Counted from the stretch's first letter, positions 10,259 through 20,259 are shown. The stretch is DNA of 64,000 bases from an uncultured bacterium (GCA_963736115.1 CAVTNR010000008.1:160001-224000); one strand, 5' to 3'. Program-made: numbers and translations. Notes: a model not told the origin generated them from the sequence alone.

Positions 10259-11089
10259 TCACGGACGCAATTTCCGTTTCGCCGGCCGATGGCCGCGCTT
10301 CATCCGCGTCCATGCGAGGCCCGCGGCCAGGGCGGCGGCCGCGAGACACCCGGCCGCGGCGAGGCTTTTCCGGGTGCGGGACGATGACGGCTTCAAGCGC
10401 AGGGGTTCCACGCTCCCGGACTGGACCATGCCGGCCCAGAAAATCGGATTGGCGCTCCTGGCGTCCGCGTTTTCCAGCCAGGCCAGTTTCGCGTCCCGGA
10501 GTGCCACATGCTTTCTGCGTCCGGCCGCGAGCCCATCGTAGTACGCGGCCACCAGGGTTGACGATGACCTGTCGTCCACGGGCCAGAGGCTCATCAGAGC
10601 GCTGTTGCATCCGGTGAGCATGAAACAGCGTCCCAGGCTGAGGTATCCGTCTCCCTCGGCCAGCACGCCCGAGCCCGTGTTGCAGGCGCTGAGCACGGCC
10701 AGGTCCGCGGAGAATCGCATTTCGTAAATTTCGTGCATGTAGAGGACGCCGTCCTGGCCTGACCCGGCATCGGGCGAGAGGATGAGGCCGGTATCCGCGT
10801 TGTTTTTCTCGTCTACGACACAATGTGTGGCGATGTGGAGGATGCCGGCTTTCGGGGCTTCCCGCTTGAAGCGGCTTTCCGTGGCCCGGCCGCCGCAATA
10901 GGCCTTACCGTGCGCGCGGCCCGCGACCGCGGTGACTTCCCGTTCCGCCCAGCTCAGGCGTATCATGGCCGGCCTTGCGGAATCCGCGGGGGCCTTGCTT
11001 TTAATCGAACGGGAAACGGGACCGGAACCGCCGCAGGACCACAGCAGCAGGACCGCGGCTGAACCGATGAGGACAAGGGGGATTCGGAT
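10259..11089 (-). CDS. CHAT (caspase-like) catalytic half with lipoprotein-like signal and C-terminal TM helix
   Basis: LLLWSC lipobox-like, AEREV, ATESRF, ILHIATH, DGVLY..EIY, VLSACNTG, MSLWPVDD, NPIFWAG; start inferred at ATC 7 nt after AAGGAG. Confidence 0.85.
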   Translation of the reverse strand: MRIPLVLIGSAAVLLLWSCGGSGPVSRSIKSKAPADSARPAMIRLSWAEREVTAVAGRAHGKAYCGGRATESRFKREAPKAGILHIATHCVVDEKNNADTGLILSPDAGSGQDGVLYMHEIYEMRFSADLAVLSACNTGSGVLAEGDGYLSLGRCFMLTGCNSALMSLWPVDDRSSSTLVAAYYDGLAAGRRKHVALRDAKLAWLENADARSANPIFWAGMVQSGSVEPLRLKPSSSRTRKSLAAAGCLAAAALAAGLAWTRMKRGHRPAKRKLRP

Positions 11090-11150
11090 GACCGTTCTCC
11101 TTGAAGGGCGGGCCCCCGCTCGCCGCGGGAGTGCGGGGGAAAAGTTCCGG

Positions 11151-11951
11151 CTACGGACCGGGCGCGTTCCGCCGCAGGCGTCCGGCCAGTTCGGCGGATT
11201 CCCGGCTGAACGGTCCTCCCACGAGGCGGAGGGTGTCGAGCAGGGCCAAAGCGTCTTCGGTTTCACCCTGCCGGACGTGGCAGAGCGCCGCGTACCAGGC
11301 GGCCTGCAGTTCCCAGTCGCTTCCGCGGCTGAGCGCCGCTTCCCTGAGATGGGACAGGGCCGAGCGGGTGTCGTTCATGGCCAGGCTGGAGATTCCCGCG
11401 TAGAAATGCGCGGTCGCGTTCTCCGGTTCGCGGGCCAGAAGGGTTTCGAGCATGATACGGGAGCCCTGGTAATCGCCGGCATCGTATTCGGCCATCGCGT
11501 TTTCCAGCCATCCGGCCGGTTCCTGACTGCGGAACAGAGGGACGGTGTTCGGATACGGCTTGAAATAGGAGTCGAACAGGCTGTTCGTTTCCGGTCCGCG
11601 GGAAAGGACGGTCAGGAGCACAACGGCCGTAACCGGAATCAGCGCGGCCAAACCCAGAACCCAGACTCTGCCGCGCCTGCGTTCCGGAGTCCGGGACAGG
11701 CGCGACGCCCTCGCGCGAAGCTTGAGTTCCGAGACGGTTTTACCGGCAGTTACCGGATCCCCGGCCGCTTCCATGCCGTCCATGGCCTCGGAACAGAACA
11801 GGCAAGCCGCCAGGTGCTCCTCGATTTCGCGATGATCCGCGGCCGTGCCGCGGCCGGACGCGTAAGCCGCGAACTGGTCGAAGCTCAGGCATTGCGTCTG
11901 CCGGAATATGCCGCACACGGGCAGGGCCGGCTTCCGGACGTTTTTCTTCAT
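11151..11951 (-). CDS. Zinc-finger (ZAS) anti-sigma factor with TM helix and extracytoplasmic TPR-like domain
   Basis: HLAACLFC (HxxxCxxC), one TM helix, YFKPYPN, AHFYAGIS, AAWYAAL; ATGA overlap with the sigma gene. Confidence 0.85.
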   Translation of the reverse strand: MKKNVRKPALPVCGIFRQTQCLSFDQFAAYASGRGTAADHREIEEHLAACLFCSEAMDGMEAAGDPVTAGKTVSELKLRARASRLSRTPERRRGRVWVLGLAALIPVTAVVLLTVLSRGPETNSLFDSYFKPYPNTVPLFRSQEPAGWLENAMAEYDAGDYQGSRIMLETLLAREPENATAHFYAGISSLAMNDTRSALSHLREAALSRGSDWELQAAWYAALCHVRQGETEDALALLDTLRLVGGPFSRESAELAGRLRRNAPGP

Positions 11952-12514
11952 TTTTCCCCTCCCGCGAAACGGGTTGCCGCAATCTTCAGGTTTCTTCTTC
12001 CGTTCTGGATACTGCTTTTCACCTGCCTGACCGGGACGCCCATGATTTCCGCGATTTCCCGGTAGGACTTCCGTTTCAGGTAAAAGAGCTCGACGCACGT
12101 TCTCTGCTCCCCGTCCAGTCCGGCGAGCAGGGTCTCGCAGTCCGGAAGATCCCTGCCTGTAAGATTCAAAAAGTCCCCGTTTTCCACAACCGCGGCGTCC
12201 TTTTCCATCAGCGGCCTGAAAATCATTTTCAGGCGCGAGGCCTTGCGGAGCCGCATCAGGCAGTGGTTTTTCGTGACCGCGTGCAGCCAGGCCGGCACAT
12301 TGGAGACCCGGTGTTTCCCGGCCTCGGACAGGAGTTTGTGGAAGATGTCCATGACCGCGTCCCTGCATTCCTCCTCGTCTTTCAGGTATTTCCGGCACAC
12401 GAGGAAAATTGTGTGGCTGTAGCGCAGGAACCAGGATTCCACGGTAGCGGCGTCGGGTACGGTGAGCTCTTGGGAAGGTGAGGAAGATTCGGATTTACCG
12501 AATGGAATTCGCAT
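11948..12514 (-). CDS. ECF RNA polymerase sigma factor
   Basis: VCRKYLKDEEECRDAVMDIF, WLHAVTKNHC, SYREIAE, VKSSIQNGRRNL. Confidence 0.92.
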   Translation of the reverse strand: MRIPFGKSESSSPSQELTVPDAATVESWFLRYSHTIFLVCRKYLKDEEECRDAVMDIFHKLLSEAGKHRVSNVPAWLHAVTKNHCLMRLRKASRLKMIFRPLMEKDAAVVENGDFLNLTGRDLPDCETLLAGLDGEQRTCVELFYLKRKSYREIAEIMGVPVRQVKSSIQNGRRNLKIAATRFAGGEK

Positions 12515-12803
12515 GAAGTCCTGACAGTCGTTCTGGACGGGGAGAATACCTAAATTTATATTCCAAATGAACTTAAATGTAAAACTGTTTTTTGAAAAAT
12601 GCAACAGGAAAAATAATATTTATGGAATCCGGGGATTTCCCGCATCTATCATTTATGGACAGGACGCATTCGGATATCCGTTCCAGGTCCATGCAGAAGC
12701 AATAGAGGATGGATTTCCGGACTTCTTCGGCGGGAGAGGATCGTTCCGGAAAACCATACGTTGATACAACCCCCGGGAGGGGGGTCATAGGGAGAGAGAA
12801 AAA

Positions 12804-12842
12804 CCACCCGTCTGAGAGGGAGCAGGCGGGTGGCTTTTTTTT
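12804..12842. terminator. Likely bidirectional intrinsic terminator
   Basis: CCACCCGTCTG/CAGGCGGGTGG stem, T8 on the plus strand and T5 on the minus strand. Confidence 0.7.
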
Positions 12843-12876
12843 AATATCGGGTCAAATTTGTAATCTTGTCATAGAT

Positions 12877-13100
12877 AGTTCATGGTTCATAGTTCATAGT
12901 TCAGCTGAAGGTCCGAAATGCCGAGTCCCGCCCCCGGATCCAGTCCGTGGCAAGCCATGCGGGACGAGGCTTTCGGACATCCGTTAAGAAAAGTCCGATA
13001 GCCTCGCTGAGGATATGCTCGGCATATCGGACCTACAATGCTTTTTTTACTATGAACCATGAACTATGAACTATGAACTATGAACAATGAACCATGAACT
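12877..13100. repeat. H1 heptamer arms enclosing two REP-like palindromes (family P)
   Basis: Arms 12877-12903 and 13049-13100; GTCCGAWA..TTCGGAC hairpins at 12910-12980 and 12993-13036. Confidence 0.85.
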
Positions 13101-13104
13101 TTTT

Positions 13105-15802
13105 TTAAAGAGTAAACCAGTAACTCGCCTTCACCAGGAAAACGTTCTCCGCGGCGGCGGACGAGAGGGCGTCGAGGTTTTCGGACACCGATTGCTCCCA
13201 CAAGTCCGTCCAGCTCGTCCGGCCCTGCGACCACACCGCGTACAGCACCGATCCCGGCCTGTATTCCCATCTCAGCACAAGGTTCGAGCGGAATTCGCGG
13301 AAGCTGAAGGACGGGTCGTAGAATCTGTATTCCGGCCCGCCGGATTCGGTCACCCAAAGCGTCTGGTCCGCCTCAAGCCGGACGATTTCATCCTTTCCGA
13401 CCTCCCTGAAGCGTTCCTTCCCGGAAATTGCCAGAGGCGAGAGCACCCGCTTGTAATCCGAGTACCGTCCCGTGGAAATGAACGGGCTCCCGTAGAATTG
13501 CACCGAAAAGTCCGGAGTCGCGTACCAATTGAGCCGAAAGGTCGCGGACAGGGTTTTCTGGTCGATGCGGCCGAGCACGTACAGGGTTTCGCCCGGGGAC
13601 CCTTCCACGGTCGTGGCGTACTGCAGGTTCTGGATGTTCCGCGAATGGCTGAAGTCGGCGGACAAAGAAACGCGGTCCGCCGCGCGCCACGAGAATCCCG
13701 CGGACGGTTCGTGCAGTTCCGATACGCCGCCGCCGAAAAAGTGCGCGTGGTCCGAGATCCGGGCGCTGAAGGGTTTGCCGCCGTCGCTCGACACGCTCGC
13801 GGAGACGCAGATCAGGCCGGGCATGCGGAAGGCCGGGCCGCCCCTGAGCATGCGCGTGTCCGCGTACGGCCGCAGGTGGTTGAATCCCGCGTTGAAACCC
13901 CAGCGGTTGTGAAAGGCGCCGCCGAACGAAAGGCCGGTTCCGTCGCTGGTCGAAAGCCCGCCGAAGTCCCAGTTGTTCCACTGGCTGAAATAAACGGACC
14001 AGGAGCGCAGGATTTTGCCCGGGTCGGTCTGGCTGTATTCCACGGACGCGCTGTTCGCCAGCACGTCGGCCTGCTGCAGCCAGCCGATGTCGTTGAGGTC
14101 GAGTCCCGGCGAGTACCAGTGGAACGCGTTTTTCCACCGGAGCTTGCTGTTTCCGGCCCGGCCGAAAGACAGGAATCCGCCGTGGCCGGAAAGCGACTCC
14201 GCGAGGGAATCCACTGTGACGTGACCCGCGTCCGGCCGCTGAAAGAAGTGCACGGCTCCGGTCTGGGCCCGGAGCATGGCTTCCGCGTCCCCCGACAGCC
14301 GGCTGGCGAACACGCGCGCCTCGGCCAGGTAGTTCCGGTTCGCGAGATAATGGCTGAATTCGAGGCCGCCGGTCTGTGCAGATCGGGGCATGAAGCGGAG
14401 GTGCCGGTCGTCGATGATCCGGTTAACGGATGTCGCGATGCCGCCCAGGCTCGTGGTGCCCTTGTCCCAGTCCTTTTTCAGCCTGGCCATGACATAATTC
14501 GTGACCGGCTCGACCGCGGTTTTCTCCTCCCCGGAACCCGGGCCGCCGGGAGAGATGCGGGCCGTTTCCCTCTGCGTCACGCTCTGCAGAACGCCGAGCG
14601 AGAGCCCGTCCACGGTCTTGCCCGTGACCTTCACGGCGTTCAGAATGGTGGTGTTCTCCGGCATTTTAACGTAGCCGTCCGGCACGAAGGGCGTGTATGA
14701 CGGCGCGTGGCCGACACGGCGCGAGTAGAACAGATCGGCGCCGTCCCCTCCCGCGTCGAAGGTCATGAGGTTTCGGCCCTCCAGAAAGAAGGGCCGCTTC
14801 TCGGAGTAGAATGTCTCGAAGGCCGACAGGTTCATCACCGACGGGTCCGCCTCCACCTGGCCGAAGTCCGGGTTGAACGCGGCGTACGAGCGTGATGTCC
14901 GTGGTGAGCCCGATCTTCGCGTCCAGGCCCAGCATGCCCGACACGTCCGACCCGTCATGGAACGGGTCGCCCGGCGCCGCCGGTTTCGCGTCGATACGGC
15001 CCAGGCCGTAGGGCAGAATCTCGACGCGGCGCGAGCGTTTCAGCCCCTTGATGCCGCGCAGTTCGCCGATGTGGTAGAACCGGCCGTTGTTGTTGCGCGG
15101 AATGAGGTTCCACTGGTCCTCCTCCTGGTTCCGGTCCAGCCAGCGCCAGGCGTGCATGCCCCAGACCTGTTCCTCCTGGGGGCCGTAGCGGAGCTGGCTC
15201 AGGGGAATGCGGAACTCGGAGGTCCAGGCGGAGTCTTCCGTTCCGACTTTTCCCTCCCAGACCGCGTCCCAGTTCATGTCCCACTGGCAGTCGCGCTCCG
15301 CGTTCATCAGCAGAAGGTCGATCTTGCCGCCCCCGGCCGTGAGGTCGAATTCGAAGCCCTGGCGTTTCGACCCGTAGCTGTCGAAGCAGATGCCCACGAC
15401 GTCGCCCGTCATTTCGTCGCGCCGCGACACGAACCGGTGCATCAGGGACGGATCGTCGAAGGCGCGGATGGCGAAATAGACGTTGTCGTCGTCGTACAGG
15501 ATGTTCATCTCGGTTTTCGCCGTGGGCGGCGCGTTCTCGGTAGGAATCTGCATGAGAAAATCACCATGCCATTCGCCCTCGGCCCAGCAGGCGTCGTCGA
15601 GTTTTCCGTCGATCACGGGCGGAGGCGACTGAAATCGCCGGGTCTCGTACACGCGCACCGGGTACACGCGGCCGAAGCGGTTCCCGGGAGCCGGGTTCAG
15701 GCTGTCCGGCGCCTGCCCGGAAAGCGGAAAAGCGGCCGTGAAAAGGCCCGCGGCCGTCAGCAGGGCTGCGGGAACGGACAGGATGGGTCGGGTCGAACGC
15801 AT
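13105..15802 (-). CDS. DUF5916 / CBM9-like outer-membrane protein, one frameshift near 14890
   Basis: PVIDGKLDDACW, WDAVW, EFRIPLSQLRY in one frame; NPDFGQVEADP, EKRPFFLEG, LFYSRR, NLVLRWEYRPGS, KASYWF in the next. Confidence 0.85.
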
Positions 15803-16009
15803 CGGATCTCCTGGTCTGTTGGGATGAACAGTGTCCCTTCCGTGACAGGGGATAATATAAGCAACACGCTCATATCCGGCAAGTAAAAGGATGTAATAAA
15901 CTTCGGGTCCGCGGAATGGGAGAAAGGGCTTGATTTTATCGGAAGCGGGGGCTAATTTGACTTCGGGCGGCCGCATCCGCGGCGCCCGGTTTTCACAAGG
16001 AGGGTTGAT

Positions 16010-16483
16010 ATGAACAGTTACCGCATGCTTCCGGTCCTGGTTCTCAGCCTGGCCGTCACTGTCCCGGTCCTCGGACAGACGGCCGATTCCGCGGCTGTTC
16101 CGGCCGTGGTCCCGGACATCGTTTCCGAATCCGCTCCGGATTCGGTGCCGCCGAAAACCCCGATGCGTTCTCTCACCATAGAGAACAACACGGACGTTTT
16201 CACCTCGGTCCGCATCCGCATCCTGCCCGCGGATACGACAGCCGCCTCGCTGGAGATACCGGCCGGCGGGAAAGAGACGGCGCGCCTTCCGAACGGGAAA
16301 TACGTGGAACTGATCCGTTTCGGGTCCGATTCCACCGAGTACCGGTACGGCAAAGGCGAGGGATTCGAGCTGGCCGCCCCCGGGCCGAACCAGTGGATCG
16401 AGGCGACTCTGACGCTCGACGGCCTGGAGGAGGGCAATTACCGCCAGGACGACACGACTGCCGAGGAGTTTGAGGCTAAATGA
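16010..16483 (+). CDS. Secreted hypothetical protein
   Basis: AAGGAGG RBS, signal peptide, beta-rich body. Confidence 0.65.
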   Translation: MNSYRMLPVLVLSLAVTVPVLGQTADSAAVPAVVPDIVSESAPDSVPPKTPMRSLTIENNTDVFTSVRIRILPADTTAASLEIPAGGKETARLPNGKYVELIRFGSDSTEYRYGKGEGFELAAPGPNQWIEATLTLDGLEEGNYRQDDTTAEEFEAK

Positions 16484-16526
16484 CATCCGACCCCGGGGTC
16501 GATTTTACGAATAAGGAGAAACAACC

Positions 16527-17375
16527 ATGCGCTGGATAGGTCGAAGGCAGAGCGAGAACGTCGAGGACAGAAGGGGCATGTCGCCCAAGACCATGGTCGG
16601 CGGCGGCCTCGGAACCCTCGTCATCCTGATCATCGTGTTTCTGCTCGGCGGCAATCCCCTCGAACTCCTGCAGAACATGCCGGATGCGGAAACGGGCATG
16701 GTTGATCAGACCACGAGCCAGGAGGACAACGAGCTGGCCCAGTTCGCCAAGGTCGTGATGGCCGATACCGAGGACATCTGGGGCAAGCTGTTCCAGCAGG
16801 CGGGCAGCCAGTACCAGCCGCCCGTGCTCGTGCTGTACACCGACATGGTGCAGTCCGCGTGCGGATACGGCAGCGCGGCCACGGGCCCGTTCTACTGCCC
16901 GGGAGACAACCGGGTGTACATCGACCTTTCCTTCTACCGCGACCTGCAGACGCGCTTTCAGGCGCCTGGCGATTTCGCCATGGCCTATGTCATCGCGCAC
17001 GAGGTCGGCCACCACATCCAGAACCTGCTGGGCGTCAATGACAAGGTCATGGCGGTGCGCGAGCGCGTCGACGAGCGCACGTACAACCGGTACAGCGTGG
17101 CCATGGAGCTCCAGGCCGATTTCTTCTCCGGCATCTGGGCGCATTACGACCAGAAGCTGAACAACGTGCTCGAGGAGGGCGACCTGGAGGAGGCCCTGAA
17201 CGCGGCTTCTGCTGTCGGCGACGACCGCATTCAGAAGCGCACGCGTGGCACGGTCGTGCCCGACGCGTTCACGCACGGCACGTCGGAGCAGAGGCGCATG
17301 TGGTTCGAAAAGGGATTCAAGACCGGCGACCTGAGCCAGGGCGACACCTTCGCGGCGTACGGGTTAGAGTTGTAA
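16527..17375 (+). CDS. Neutral zinc metallopeptidase (YpfJ family)
   Basis: SENVEDRR, GPFYCP, AHEVGHH, ELQAD, FTHGTSEQR. Confidence 0.93.
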   Translation: MRWIGRRQSENVEDRRGMSPKTMVGGGLGTLVILIIVFLLGGNPLELLQNMPDAETGMVDQTTSQEDNELAQFAKVVMADTEDIWGKLFQQAGSQYQPPVLVLYTDMVQSACGYGSAATGPFYCPGDNRVYIDLSFYRDLQTRFQAPGDFAMAYVIAHEVGHHIQNLLGVNDKVMAVRERVDERTYNRYSVAMELQADFFSGIWAHYDQKLNNVLEEGDLEEALNAASAVGDDRIQKRTRGTVVPDAFTHGTSEQRRMWFEKGFKTGDLSQGDTFAAYGLEL

Positions 17376-17378
17376 ATA

Positions 17379-17697
17379 AGTTCATAGTTCATGGTTCATA
17401 GTTCATAAAAAAATCATAAGGGGGGTGTCATTCCCGCATTCTTTAAGCGGGAATCCAGGGGTGGGGTGGAAAGTAGGCCGAGTCGCGGCGCGCGGTTTTT
17501 TGCGCGGCTATCGGACAACTCCGTGTCCGGTTGAAGGTATGGTAGCCGCAACCCTTCAATATTCTCAAGATATAATGGTTTGGTCCCGTTCATCGGGGCT
17601 TTAGGTTGCGCTGGTCAGCTTTTATAGATCCGAAATGCCGGGTCCCGCCCCCGGATCAAGTCCGGGGCAAGCTTTGCGGGACGAGGCTTTCGGACAT
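17379..17697. repeat. Cluster of repeat elements (H1 arm, family R, family P, GTAG palindrome)
   Basis: H1 arm 17379-17406; R 17427-17460; P-like 17473-17517; GTAGCCGCAACC..GGTTGCG 17542-17610; P 17627-17697 nearly identical to 12910-12980. Confidence 0.8.
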
Positions 17698-17730
17698 TTC
17701 CTTCTAATACTTCAAGGATCGGACACTGCC

Positions 17731-20250
17731 ATGAGAACATTTCATCGGATCGCAGCCGCAGCACTGTTGACCGCCCTGTTCTACATTTTGCCGGCAGCCA
17801 TTCAGGCCTCAGACCGCATCGAATCCCTCCTGGGCCGCATGACCCTCGGGCAGAAAATCGACTTCATCGGCGGTTACGAGGGTTACTGCATCCGTCCGAT
17901 GCCCGAACTGGGCATACCGCAGATTCTCATGGCGGACGGTCCGCTCGGCGTGCGGGGCAAGACGCCGTCCACGGCCTTTCCGGCCTCCATCGGTCTGGCC
18001 GCTTCATTTGACACGTCCCTGGCGCGGCGCTACGGCGCGGCCATCGGTATGGAGTCGCGGGCGAAAAACGTGCACATCCTGCTCGGCCCTGCCATGAACA
18101 TTCACCGCGCTCCCATGTGCGGCCGCAATTTCGAGTACCTCGGCGAAGACCCCCTGCTCGCGGGCCGCATCGCGGTGCCGTACATCCACGGCCTTCAGGC
18201 GCAGGGCGTCATGGCCACGGCCAAGCATTTCGCGGCCAACAACCAGGAATGCGACCGGAACAACGTGTCGTCCGACATGGACGAACGCACGCTCCGCGAA
18301 ATCTACCTGCCCGCGTTCAAAGCCTCCGCTGTGGAGGGCAATGTCGCGGCCTTCATGACGTCGTACAATCTCCTCAACGGCGTGCACGCGTCCCAGCACG
18401 ACCAGCTGATCAACCGGATACTGAAAGAGGAGTGGGGTTACGACGGTATCGTGATGTCCGACTGGACCTCGGTGTACGACGGTGTGGCCGCCGCGGCAGG
18501 CGGCCTCGACCTCGAGATGCCGTCCGGAAAGATGATGTGCCGCGACACGCTTCTGCCCGCCTTCCGGTCCGGCAGACTCGCGGAATCCGTGATCGACGAC
18601 AAGGTCCGCCGTATTCTGCGTCAGTATGAGCGCTTCGGGCTTCTGGACAACGCTGAACTGGCCAAAGGATACAGCCTCGACTCATCCTTCGTCCGTTCCG
18701 TGGCTTTAGACGCGGCCAGGGGCGGCATCGTGCTTCTGAAGAACGATTCCGGGCTCCTGCCGCTCAATTCCAGAACGATCCGCCGCGTCGCGATCATCGG
18801 CCCGAACGGCCACCCTGCGGTCACGGGCGGAGGCGGCAGTTCACAGGTCACTTCAGCCGTTTCCCTGTCCCTTGTCGAAGCGGTGAGGAAAATCGCGGGC
18901 CGGGATGCGGTCGTGTCGCATGAAAGCGGGCTGATTCCGTCCGGACCAGAGGAGGCGTCTTTCTACGAATCGTCCCGGTTCATGACCGAATCGGAAGGCA
19001 GGCCGGTGTCCGGGTTGAAAGCCGAGTTTTTCTCCTCCCGCAGGCCCGAGGGAAAGCCGGAGGCGGAAATGGTGATGCCCTTCCTGAACAAGACATTCAC
19101 GGACAGCATTCAGGGCATCAAAAAAGGCCGCCTGTTCGTCCGCTTCTCCGCGACACTAAAGCCTGAAAAGTCCGGGCCGCACCGTTTCGTGGTGTCGAGC
19201 GACGGCGGTTTCCGCCTGACCCTGGACGGCAAGCCGGTCGCGGGCATGTGGTGGGGAAGGGGAGAGAACAGCCGCGACGCGATCGTGAACCTGGAGGCCG
19301 GGCGATCCTACCCGATCGAACTCGGATACATGCAGAGGGGAGAGACGGGGACCATACGCATGGGATACGAAGGCCCGGACGCGGTGGAGGCGAAAATGGC
19401 GGCCGCAGCCGATCGGGTCCGCAAGCTCGCGGCCGAAAGCGACTGCGTGATTCTGTCCCTCGGGTTCAACCCCGAAACCGAGACCGAGGGCTCGGACCGT
19501 TCTTTCGGTCTTCCGCCCGAGCAGGAGAAGCTGGCGCTCGAAATCATACGAACAGGCGCGAACGTGATCGCGGTTCTGAACGCGGGCGGCAACGCGGACA
19601 TCGCGGCCTGGGCCGGAGGGGCGAAGGCCCTGGTACACGCCTGGTATCCGGGACAGGAGGGTAATCTCGCTGTCGCTGAAATCCTGTTCGGCCTGACGAA
19701 TCCTTCCGGAAAACTCCCGATCAGCATCGAGAAGCGCTGGGAGGACAACGCGACCTTCAACAGCTACCTCGACCCGGACGGGGACAAGAAGGTGTTCTAC
19801 TCCGAGGGCGTGTTCCTCGGGTACAGGCATTTCGACACACGCGGCGTCGAGCCCCTGTATCCCTTCGGATTCGGGATGTCGTACACGACTTTCGAGTTCG
19901 GCAAGCTGAAAGCGGACAGAAAAAAAATCAAGGACGGGGAGAGCGTGACCGTTTCCCTTGAAATAAAAAACACGGGCAAGCGGGAAGGCGCCGAGGTGGT
20001 GCAGATCTACGTGGCCGATCCTGTTTCGTCCGTTCCCAGGCCCCCGAAAGAACTCAAGGCTTTCGCGAAGGTGCACCTGTGGCCGGGGGAGAAGAAGCTT
20101 GTGACGCTCACGCTCGGCCCGGACGCGTTTCAGTTCTTCCATCCGGAGTTGAAGGCCTGGACCGCCGAACCCGGCGAGTTCTTGCTCATGGCAGGGCCGT
20201 CGTCGAGGGATATACGAGCGACGGAGAAGATCAGGCTGATCGGGGAATAA
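17731..20250 (+). CDS. GH3 beta-glucosidase with PA14 and Fn3-like domains
   Basis: ADGPLGVR, GRNFEYLGEDP, KHFAAN, VMSDW nucleophile, EGSDR, YPFGFGMSYT, PPKELKAF. Confidence 0.95.
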   Translation: MRTFHRIAAAALLTALFYILPAAIQASDRIESLLGRMTLGQKIDFIGGYEGYCIRPMPELGIPQILMADGPLGVRGKTPSTAFPASIGLAASFDTSLARRYGAAIGMESRAKNVHILLGPAMNIHRAPMCGRNFEYLGEDPLLAGRIAVPYIHGLQAQGVMATAKHFAANNQECDRNNVSSDMDERTLREIYLPAFKASAVEGNVAAFMTSYNLLNGVHASQHDQLINRILKEEWGYDGIVMSDWTSVYDGVAAAAGGLDLEMPSGKMMCRDTLLPAFRSGRLAESVIDDKVRRILRQYERFGLLDNAELAKGYSLDSSFVRSVALDAARGGIVLLKNDSGLLPLNSRTIRRVAIIGPNGHPAVTGGGGSSQVTSAVSLSLVEAVRKIAGRDAVVSHESGLIPSGPEEASFYESSRFMTESEGRPVSGLKAEFFSSRRPEGKPEAEMVMPFLNKTFTDSIQGIKKGRLFVRFSATLKPEKSGPHRFVVSSDGGFRLTLDGKPVAGMWWGRGENSRDAIVNLEAGRSYPIELGYMQRGETGTIRMGYEGPDAVEAKMAAAADRVRKLAAESDCVILSLGFNPETETEGSDRSFGLPPEQEKLALEIIRTGANVIAVLNAGGNADIAAWAGGAKALVHAWYPGQEGNLAVAEILFGLTNPSGKLPISIEKRWEDNATFNSYLDPDGDKKVFYSEGVFLGYRHFDTRGVEPLYPFGFGMSYTTFEFGKLKADRKKIKDGESVTVSLEIKNTGKREGAEVVQIYVADPVSSVPRPPKELKAFAKVHLWPGEKKLVTLTLGPDAFQFFHPELKAWTAEPGEFLLMAGPSSRDIRATEKIRLIGE

Positions 20251-20259
20251 TCTACAGTT

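Noticed and set aside
10248-10898. N-terminal 217 aa of the 1017-aa ORF 7845-10898
   Set aside because: Out-of-frame overlap with the CHAT catalytic gene; low-complexity Arg/Gly/Pro sequence. The plausible start is ATG 10247.
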